A stretch of DNA of 64,000 nucleotides from the NCBI GenBank assembly GCA_051362555.1, contig CM120640.1, positions 14,508,001-14,572,000 on the forward strand, read 5' to 3'. Origin of the DNA: Lingula anatina. Its lineage: Eukaryota; Animalia; Brachiopoda. Every line of letters starts with the position of its first letter. Position 1 is the first letter of the stretch. Made by a program: the position numbers and the translations under genes. Shown in pieces: positions 1 to 64,000 of this stretch. The notes under the pieces are model-generated. The model made no database searches. It saw only the letters and a list, made by a program, of their open reading frames with translations, and was not told where the DNA came from.

Positions 1-1334
1 AATGTTTTAAAAGTCATTCAGTATAGTAATGCAGTGATTGACATTCTGATCTATTGTTAGATTATTGTAAATTTATATTCTCACCACACCTTTTTTACCA
101 ATAAATAACTGCATTGATAACAATAATAGCAACATAAATTTAGACAGAAGTTTTTAATCTCTGATATTCCAGAAACCTTGAACTTGTATTCCTAAATGGA
201 TCTATTTCACAATGCCCTACCACAAGCAACTCCCACATTAATTCGAGTTCAAGTAAACTTTTCTCAGTCTCAGTGTTAGATATGGATCTTGTCTGCTGTA
301 GCAATGTACGATAACTAAAGGCTTGCCATTGTGTGATATTATATTGATATTCCAGAGGGAGTGATGTCCTAATGCCATGATGGGAGGCCAGTTTACACAG
401 CCAAATACTGAGAAAATTTCTTTCCTCCCCAGCCAATTGATTACACAGCTATGCTTTCAAGGAGAACATTCGGTTAATGATGACTGGTTCTGTGTCAGCT
501 CTGTTGATATAATGGCAGTCACAATTTTTACATCTTATGCATTTCTGAAGCTTTTTCACTAGAATGCCCACTAATCAGAGCTTTTTAGGTGAACTTCTGC
601 TTTTCAGAAACTTCAGCTATTGATCTGATGGAATAAAAACATGAAATTGTGTATCTTTAGCTGTAGGATATAGTACAGTCCCAGAGAAAAGTTGTCCAAG
701 GGTTACAAGTATTGATATCAGGATTGACAGCTGCTTGCTCTCTATAATGCTCCATGTTATTCTATAATTAAAGGTGTACTATCTATCTTAAAAAAATAAA
801 ATGTCCCAAAGTCATATTTTCTATGTATACATATCCTACAAAGCTACTTATCCTTCCCAATTCAGATCTTAAAAAACAATAAAAACTGCAAGTAGAAGTG
901 CATATGTCAATATTTCCTTCTGAAATATACAGGAGGACATGGTAGTCTAAACGTTACGGGAAACATTTAGAACTAAATTATTTAATTAATAATCATGTAA
1001 CACATCAAAATTTTAAGTGCAGGGATGGTCTAGCAGTGATTTGTGAGCTGAAGAAAATTACTTTTTTTTTGAAGAAAAATTTGTTTTGGCAGAAAAATCC
1101 CAGCGATGTAACCTTTAACTAGAAACTTTATGAAAGCCATTCAGGCATGAAGTTTAATTGAGTTTGTGTCTGGCATGCCCTACATGGTGACATTGTTTGA
1201 TTTCAGCCACACGGATGATTTAAAAATTCGTAATACTGAATGCTTTTTTGGTGTCAGTTGCATTCATTCTTGCAGTATCCTAGGATTTCACCCCAAAATT
1301 CAACTGCTTCAAATTAAGATGGCTTGTGCATCAC

Positions 1335-1617
1335 TGGCCACTTTCAGAACAGATGATCCATGGACGAACTGATCTGCAGACTTAATATGGCTGTCCCCAC
1401 TTGAACACTTGAAAGCAAAGCTGCCTAATTCCCTAATGGTCTTACCACCTCCATTTAATCTCGGCCCCCAGGTTTAATTGCTAGACCCCTGCAGGGATGG
1501 CGCATGTGGAGACAGGGAGACCTTTAAGGAATTAAGGGGCTTTGCTTTTATGTGGGTCAGCCATATTTAATTTGTTAATCTGTTAGTCCACAGATCAATT
1601 TGTTCTGAAAGTGGCCA
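1335..1617. mobile_element. MITE-like fold-back element, family A
   Basis: Perfect 17-bp TIR TGGCCACTTTCAGAACA/TGTTCTGAAAGTGGCCA; core AGGTTTAATTGC shared with other family A copies. Confidence 0.75.
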
Positions 1618-1711
1618 CAGTTGTGAAAATTGTCTCCTATTATTTACATAACAAAACAAGTATGTGTTAACTTCTGTTTGATATATCATCCCTCTTTCAT
1701 TTCTCCAACAG

Positions 1712-55474
<53,763 letters not shown>

Positions 55475-56618
55475 CAGTGACCAGAGATTGGGATACACAT
55501 ATATTAGGACTGACATACTAATGTGGACAGGCAATAGTGGACTGATTTCATGGCTCATGAAAAATTTGTTGAAAGTTGGATTTCTATTTGACAGATCGAC
55601 AGATTTTTTCAGAATGCAGTTTTCAACCATAATATTAGTCTACTTTGGTCGAAGATAAATAGGTTGTCTAATAGTCCAGTTGAACATGAAATGATGTGTT
55701 TTATAGCTTGGTTGATATCAGAATTACAGCAGAGACTGACTTTATTAACAGATTTTCTGTGGTGTTTATGCTATGTGCTAATATCATAAGTAATTGTCAT
55801 GCCACAATTACAATTTGCTGCAGTTTCTTTATCATGTTAATGTGATGATTAACTTGGTTAAAATACATACTTTAATCATGATTCAAATGCCGATATTTTT
55901 GCTTTTTCATGAAATATCCTATCTGGTCCATAATGGATTAAATGAAGTTTATCTTCTATTATATTAATTTTTTTCTTTGAACTATATGTGATAATGTGAA
56001 GGGCTTAAAATTCATGTTGCAAATGGCACAAATAAGCTTTTTTTGTACAGAAAATGTTATGAAAAGTGATTGTCACTTACTTATTATTTATTAATATCAA
56101 GCCAAAAAGCTAGTGGTGGAATTTTGTGATGGTTCCAGATTTAAAGAACAGTTAACTGAATTAAGGTTGTCACCAAAAAACACTCAGGTTCAGTAAAAAG
56201 CAAACGTTGGTGTGCATATAAACTTTTCTGTACTCTACCTTCTCTGAGAACAAGTATCGCGACAGTGATAAAGACAATACCGCAGAAATTCATTGCAAAT
56301 TTCAGAGATCATGGACCATGTGTTGACTTACGTTTTCATGAAGAAATAGTGATTCCCGCAACCGATTTTGATGGATTTTTTTCTTCCACGGAAAGCCATT
56401 TGTACAAGTCCGAACGATTATTATTCAATTGTGGAATTGAAGTAATAAAATGAAAACTTGGTTGTTAGTGTAAGAGACTGTTACGTTGTGGCATTTTACA
56501 TTTTTTTTTCAAATGATTTAATGAAAGGTAAAAGAATTTTAGATAATGAACTTGCTAAAAGTCTGATTGTTTACAATGTATTTGATGAAACGACAGAAAA
56601 TGGTTACAAAATGTAGCT

Positions 56619-56624
56619 TTTATT
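56619..56624 (-). terminator. Candidate polyadenylation signal of the - strand gene
   Basis: AATAAA on the - strand about 365 nt after the stop codon. Confidence 0.4.
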
Positions 56625-56989
56625 TCTCGAGTCATTGAAAAAATGTTCACAAAAGATGTTAAGGACAACTATATTTACAAGAGATGGATATTTACAAAGA
56701 TGTACAAAATTTGGCACTTTGTGGAGCGTTTACATACTAGACTATAGGTTAAATACTTTTCGTATACAATATCTTACAATGAAAACACACTTTACATATG
56801 GCAATTATGTGGCTTTACGTTATATTCATTCAACACAGGAAACATTAATCTTTCATACAATAGCGTTAACTGATTTCCCTATTTTACACCATAAATATTA
56901 ATTACATATTCACAATCTGTGAGGAGACGTTATTTACATTTATCAACCAAATAGTTTGTTATAGAAGTTTTCAATCGTATGGCCCGAAG

Positions 56990-58374
56990 TTAAGTGCGAG
57001 CGAATGTTTCCATGTCCAAACGAAGACAGTGTGACGTCGTGGCCATATCGTAGAGGATGCGGTTTCGCAGAGCTGAAACGTCGATTCTTCCCATTTTCTG
57101 AAAAGAAAAAATAAAAAAATGTAAATTTATGATTTAAAAGACACTTTCACTGTGCGTGCTTTTTAGTCGCAATCTAGAATACTGAAAAGGAAATAAACTA
57201 TGGTGTTGATGTTGATCGAGCTGAAAAATAATTTGTGAAAAGAAATTTCACCGTAGCTGATATTTGATTTATTGAAATAGCTATGTCTGATATTACGATA
57301 ATGGATATAACAAAGATAAAAATGGGGGAAAATTATTAAAAATGTATTTTTTCAATTTTGGCCATAAATTTATCAATATTAGATATTAGATTACTAGAAA
57401 CTGTATTACCATAAGGCTGAGCAAGATTGATCGCACTGACTAGGAATTTAACCTGGTCACATTTTCACGATGTTAATAATGCCTCACCTTTTGTCCTTTC
57501 AATTTCTTTTCCGCGATTTTGGCACGCTTCTTGGTCTTGACAGGCATTGAGGTAGGATTGGGTCTCTTCTTCGTGTTCTGTGTAACGGGAGAAGTATGAA
57601 CTGTTGTCTTTGGGGCAGACAGTGAAGGCTGGAGCTGCAGCGACGCAAGGAACTCTTCTTGTGTATTTATCGCTGCACGGTGTGGTGGTGGCGGCGGTGG
57701 GACGACGGGCATGCTGGAGACTTCATCTGCGTTGATGTCATTGTTGTTCATGTCGACGCTGGGATCCAGGGAAGGGAAGGAGAACTGGAGTGGTGCTACG
57801 TCGAAGCTCTCGGGCATGTTGTTCTCTGCGTCGGGGTCTCCCCAGAGGACCTGGGGCGTGGACGATGACGCAGGCGTTCCTTGGAGGAGAGAAGTGGGTG
57901 AAAGCAGGCAACTGGCAATCACGTCTACGTCCCACGCTAAGGATGCTGAAATTGAATAGGAGAATAAATGACCTTGTATGTTGAAGCGTTTAAAAATATA
58001 CACAGAAAATAATTATGAAAAGATATCAGTTTTGTTTACATTAACTCGATGAATATGTGGCTTAGCATTTTGCTGAAATGAATTGCTACTGACCAATCAC
58101 GAAGGGAAGCGACAACACTGTTGAATGCTTATTTTGCTTCGTTTTGTTCAATTTGTCGAATAATTAACACAGAGAAAATCCACCATCTCTAAAGCGAATA
58201 AAAAAAGTATCGTGAAGATCACGACATATTCAATTATTGCGTCCGTGCAAAATATTAATTGTCATCCAAATACAACTTACCAAGTAAAGTGACAACTTCT
58301 TCGTCGTGGCAATCAATACTAAGTTCTGGTAAAGCATTTGTAGGGCTCAAATCTAATTGCTGTTCACTGGTCAT
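56990..58374 (-). CDS. Uncharacterised 3-exon gene, 219 aa (acidic/Pro-rich N-half, basic NLS-like C-terminal region)
   Basis: Exons 58374-58281 (ATG...VVTLL|GTAAGT, phase 1), 57945-57488 (TTTCAG|...KLKGQK|GTGAGG, phase 0) and 57097-56990 (TTTCAG|KMGRIDVSALRNRILYDMATTSHCLRLDMETFART*). Phases match; exons are GC/CpG-rich relative to the introns. Confidence 0.75.
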
Positions 58375-58492
58375 TCTGGTAAAAGTGCAAGATGCGCTGT
58401 CAGAAAAGAGAGCGCTATCGGGTTAGGTCTTCTGGCTGACTTACTTCTATGCGGCACAGGAGGCTTCTGTCATTCAGTGATTTCGGCTCATT

Positions 58493-58534
58493 TTTTATAC
58501 CCAACCCAGACTATCGGCTCCCAGTGCCTCCAAT
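58493..58534 (-). promoter_or_regulatory. Candidate TATA box plus CCAAT box for the - strand gene
   Basis: TATAAAA on the - strand at 58499-58493, about 120 nt upstream of the ATG; CCAAT (+ strand) at 58530-58534; CpG-rich context. Confidence 0.45.
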
Positions 58535-61500
58535 GGTAATTAGCCAGATGAATTACACCCCCATAATTAACGCACTACCCGCGGGGCGTGGGACCGCAAC
58601 AGTGCGGTAAACACAGTAAAGAAACATTTGCAAAGTACTCTACTTACTGCTAACTGGCTGTTTGTCAACAAGCTATTTATCGGGTGTTAATCTTAACTGG
58701 CCCGCGGAGGACGGGTGCAGTTAGGAGGAGTGATGTTTATCTGGTTCTAATCGCCACGCTGGACGCACGCTTTAATTACAGTGTTTCTGTGATCACAGGT
58801 TTTGCGCCCTTGCACTCGGGGGGAGCGTTTAACTTTGTCAGCTAAGGAGACAAAAGAACAAATCTTGTTTAGAAAATAATGGTCGTGGTACACAAAACAA
58901 CGGAAATGTATCTGGTGAGCTTGGCTGTGACCGTGGGAACTTTTCTCTTTCCCCCACCCTCTTCTATTTTTCATCATTTTTTTATTTTTTATTTTAATTT
59001 ATTTATAAATACAAATACATATGAAATGATTAATGGGAAGTAGCACAGGATAAAACGATTATTGCTAGTGATGGGAGTATCGTTTTTTTCAAACTTTCAG
59101 TTATATACATAAGGCTCTTACGCATGTTTCACTTTTTGGACTGAGCAGCCACTCGAGTTTTTCATGATCTGTTTTCTGCTCAGTAGGTATCATGAGTCTT
59201 TTTCTTCCGTCACTATGTTCTTCACATTTCAGTAAAAATAAATATCTGTTTCAATTTCATTACAGTGTGGGCACTAACCATTCTCAATAGGGGTTTTAGG
59301 AGAAGTATATATCATAGATATCATTTCAATTAATTTTAGTGAATTTATTATCATTATTACTATTTATTATTATTATAATTATGCAATGTGCCGAATGTGC
59401 TAATGTACCATCTTGGAGGGTAGAATACATTGATATGAAAACATATCAAGAAATTATGATTTATTAATTGTATAGAGCATACTTGTGTGCATGTAAAAGA
59501 AAGCTACGGGAATGTTTGCATCAAGTAGATTTAAATAATTTTATTTTCAGTCTAGAAGAACAAAGTAAAAGTAAATTAAGGGATCTTAAAATACTTTTAT
59601 TTTATCAATGATGCTTCAAATGCAAGGTTAATATTCCTTAAATGCTGTGATTATCTTGAGACAACAAAAATGTGCTTTGTTAAAATTCAGTAAATTTTTT
59701 TCTTAAACCGTTTTTATCATTGTTCTACTTTTCGTTGGGAATGTTTCTTTGCCCATTTGTTTTAACCTTTTTTAACTTGGCATTTTTAACTTCAAATAAT
59801 AGTTAGATGTAAACTCCGTGATGTAAAGTTACATGTGAACTCCCTAATCCGATGATTATACCTTGCATGTGAAGGCGTTTTATGTGAACCTTACTATACG
59901 AGTCACCGAGCTACACGTGAAATATTATGAGTGTATCGTTGAGCCGCTGCCTCTGATTGGCTGCGGCATTGCTCTGGCGATATTTTACTCAAACATGTTT
60001 AGGGCCTACTCTATGGTAGAGGCCAGCTGATGATGAAATAAATTCCATGCAAAAATTCTCTCTGGGCGTGAGAGAAATTCTCAAGAACAGGCCAGGAATA
60101 TGTCTGGGAATTTCAGGCGATAAAGCAATCTGTTGCCCAGATTGAGAGTATTTATAGGACTCCTTGGTCACTTTCCCCATGTCTGATACGATGGAAAACG
60201 AGAGTGAACACGTGTCTTCGACGCACCATTTTAACATACCCATGTAATCTTTTTTCAATGCGATACCGAAGGAGGGACCATGTAGAGATTTTAAGATCCT
60301 CAAGACAATTCTACCCTTAACCACCAATTTCAAAGGAGGATCTTCTACACAAAAGAATAAATAAATAAAATAAACAAATAAATAAAGCTTCGTGTACCAA
60401 GATCACATTTTACTCAGAGTGGACCTTTCCCCGCCAAAAGGGTGGTTCGTTCGTCCCATCATCACCCCCCCCCCCCCAGCTTCGACAGAGCCTGATATTG
60501 CAATGAGTAGACCACCACATATACATGTACGCTAGGCTTTACACAATAGGAAATAAATTTGTACCCCGAGTGGTTCACCTGGCGTAATTTCAGAGGTTAT
60601 AAAAATACAGACTAGAAAACACATACTACCCCCCTCTAATCAAGTTACTTATTACTCCATGTTCCTACCCAAACAGTTTAAGATGGCCGTGGTTTAACAA
60701 TAAAGATTCTGTTAATTGGCTTGCACTTGTCAATCATCTAGTGATCAATAAAGAGAAGTTGTATAACGGACGCTAATGAAAGTTCGATATAAGGATGAAC
60801 AAGTAATAAATTTACTGCCTTGAAAGAGACACCTGTTATATTAGGTTCCTTCAATTTGCGGTGTATGTAAACATGGAAGTACTTGGAAGTATATTCATAT
60901 ACTTCCATGGTGTAAACAAGGTAGACTAGATGCTCCTCGAAATTTTTGAAATACCTGCTGTTAAATATGTTGCTTTATCATGTTTACAGTTAGTATCTAG
61001 CATATACTGTGTAATTTTGTGAAAGGGGGAAAATATCATGATTTTATTTTCTGTGACCCCCTGAAACAAATACAGTTTGATGCCTTGAGATTAGGATGTT
61101 GAAACATGTTGCTCATTGTGATTGTAAAGCCGTTAATGATGTTGCACACCTTGCGTATGCATATATTTTTCTTTAAAAAAAAAATTAAAGACCATGATGG
61201 AAGAAGCAATATATGCCCCCCCCTTCCCCCCTGAAGGCATGTGTGAGATAGATATTACGTGCAAAGAAACAAGATTAACTTAACGTTGATTTATAAAATA
61301 TGTAAGGCAATATTAGATTTGTCACAATTTTGACAAAGGGGGAGGGGGGTAAAAAAATAGACCGAGACACGTATTGGCAAATTACTGACAATTTTAATTT
61401 TGAAGAAAATCTCCTTGATTATTGTATCAAATGAGAAGCAGTTTACTTCATCAATGTACCAGAGGATTGGGATAAGCTACAGTTTGATTCATACGGACTT

Positions 61501-64000
61501 TGCAGGAGAGTTTATATGATGGAATAAGTGTAACATTTTAAAATACTAACAAAATTTCTTATAGCTATTTTAAAAAAAGTCATTTTTAAATCTCTCATTT
61601 GTAGGCAAGATTTAAAAAATTGTATTTTCAGGGTGCTGCTCTCATCCTGATCCGTTCCATTTCGTTTAATACGAAACAGACGGGTTACGCAACATGGCCT
61701 AACTCATGCTTGCAATGTAGCAATCATCTCGGCTAGGTCAATAATTATATAGATAAATAAATAAAAGATTATTAACTTTAAAATGGAGAAAAGGTCTCAG
61801 CGGAAATTAACTGTTCTTTTCCTTTTCTGACCGTGGGAAAGAGATTTATAATTTTTAACATGCTAACAAATACGTAGGGACATATCAATTTGAAATTTTT
61901 ATTCTAACAATCGATATTAAAAATTGTAGGTGTTAATTTTACAAAGGAAAATATATTTGACGTCTTTTGAAAGATAAGTCTTATACGTGGAAATGAAATG
62001 AGGTTTCTGTATAAGCGTGGAGAAATTTTAATTTTCTTTACACTTGACGTGTAGGCTGTTCTTGTGCCATGTTTTGCTGTACACTAGTTTTTGTTTTCCT
62101 ATCTTCGTTCTCGCATGGACGCCTTCCTAAACTTGAGTCTGTTTTATTTGTGTTTCGAACAAATACTTTTCGCAAGCAACAAAGATCAGTTAACATTGTG
62201 CAAAAGTTGTCTTTTTAATAATAATAATAATAATATAATAATAATAATTTATTGAGCACTGAAATGTTTTTACATTTAGAGGCTCTCTAACTACTATACA
62301 TTATACATACGAAAAGATAGTAATGATAGTAAGTAAATGAAAGAGAGAAAAAAAATTATACTTATATAATGTTACACAATATACATTCTCTTAATATGCA
62401 GGTGAGATGCATCTTAACGACAGTATCCTATTTATTTTCACTACCTGTCTCTTTTAAGGGCAAAAGATGAAAATCAGCCTGAGTTGGTCAGCGAAATGCC
62501 CATCTTATGAATCATACAGCAATAGTAGATACCTTTCAATGTTGATAACAGTTTGGTAAAATGACCAGTTATCACTAAATCAATATAGTATTGTACAGTA
62601 CTGTGAACAGGCACATTTAATTATTCCCATTTCATTTGTCTTGGAAGAATACGAACCACACCTGTAAAATAAGTTCAAAACTTTGTGAACAACAGAGATA
62701 CCGTGTAAAGAAAAAAACGAGCTTGAAGCAAGAAACAAATATGGATCAAGGAAAAGATCAGAAAGATGGTGATTGTTTGCCTGAGTTTAAACTAGGTTTA
62801 GCTGCTTTGTTAATCTTGTTAATGAGATTTTACTAAGGGTTATTTGTCGCCTTATTAGTTCATATTGTCGTTTTCTCTTTTTGAGATTTTATCAATATTT
62901 CTGCTTTAAAAATCAAAATATAGACAATAATGCAACGGATGCAAACTCGGCTTAGGTAATCTAGTAAAAATTAAAAAGTAAGACCTATCGAGGACGAATG
63001 TGTATTAAAACTCAATTTAGAGTTATAACCGTTGTGTGCTACAAATTTTAATGTGTTTTTCGCACCAAGATCACGCATAATCTTACTGTAGGATCGCTAA
63101 AATATTATTATGTTGATTGAAATCATATTTTATCGAACTCCGTACGTTCATTTTGACTCTGGCTAAGCCAATTAACATTACACGGCTACTGGTGCGCCTC
63201 ATCTTAAACGATCCGCAGTAAGACCCCGGGTACCTCAATCAATATTAGGCAAGTCTAGGATTAATTGTTGATTGGTAGCCCACGTTCCGCCTACCTTCGG
63301 ATTCTGATTAAATCGATAAGACTGACGCAGGTAGAGTAGATTGATGATCAGATAAATCCGTGAAAGGCACCAGAAGCTTAATTACTGAGTAGCCGTAGGT
63401 ACATGTACTTGACCGTTGACACCTGGACTTAATGATAGTTAGATAAGATCACCTTATTTGTCCAACGTGCGTTTCCGGGGGGGGGGGGGGGGGGGGTAAG
63501 TGAGTTTTTAATTTTTCACTCTGGCAATTTGTTGATTATCGTCCCTTTCTATGTTTCTGATCCCCTTATTCTTATAACAATAGGCTGTTCCAACAACAGC
63601 TGAAAACAAAGTAGAATATACCTGGTAATATACACCGATTTTAAGCTGTTGTTAGAAGAGGCAATTAGCTGCTGCGGAAGATATGGAAAAGCGTTCAAGT
63701 TGCACGTAAATTCTTGGATACCAGTACCTATGTCATTTAAACGCAAGTGTTAATTTTCCAGAAGCTCGTCCCTGTCCATCAAGTTACACAATCCCACAAA
63801 GCCGCCATTCATTAACACTTAATTAGTGATGAGTAACGACGAAGCTGTGAAGACGCGCCCAAGCAGGGTGCAAAGCAATCAAAAAAGGCGACGCAAACAA
63901 CTTTTTGTTTTCTTGTCATACCATACTCTAAATAAAGCGGAAACAGGACTGATCTTTTCAGTTTTGAGCGTGGGAAACTTATTTCAAATAACTAGAATGA

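Noticed and set aside
772-1114. Possible TTAA-flanked Kolobok-like element (TTAA|AGGTGTAC...GTAACCT|TTAA)
   Set aside because: The TIR match is only 4-7 bp and there is no second copy in the window.
59989-60333. 114-aa - strand ORF
   Set aside because: No recognisable motif, non-ATG start, and no splice partners found.
62636-62836. Short ORF with hydrophobic end (LGLAALLILLMRFY)
   Set aside because: Too short, AT-rich, and no supporting gene structure.
63182-63398. Weak inverted repeat (ACGGCTACT/AGTAGCCGT) and possible SINE or tRNA-like element
   Set aside because: Only about 9 bp pair; no A/B boxes, cloverleaf or TSD could be read.

Overview
AT-rich animal genomic DNA, probably from an invertebrate such as a mollusc (taxon is inference only). 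(1) Most of the window is a + strand focadhesin (FOCAD/KIAA1797) gene. I reconstructed 36 GT-AG coding exons from 1712 to the stop at 55474; all splice phases are compatible, giving about 1750 aa. The first exon(s) appear to lie upstream of the window. (2) Its 21-kb third visible intron holds an intact, apparently young single-ORF Rex1/Babar-like LINE (APE+RT, 969 aa). (3) A compact 3-exon, 219-aa gene that I cannot assign lies tail-to-tail with FOCAD on the - strand, with a TATA box and three Pumilio elements in its 3'UTR. (4) The introns carry many short fold-back MITE-like elements with mosaic arms and shared cores, including two nested insertions with readable TSDs. There is also an 83/84-bp higher-order minisatellite and many microsatellites. 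I found no prokaryotic features, CRISPR arrays, tRNA or rRNA. All homology calls are from recall, not database searches.
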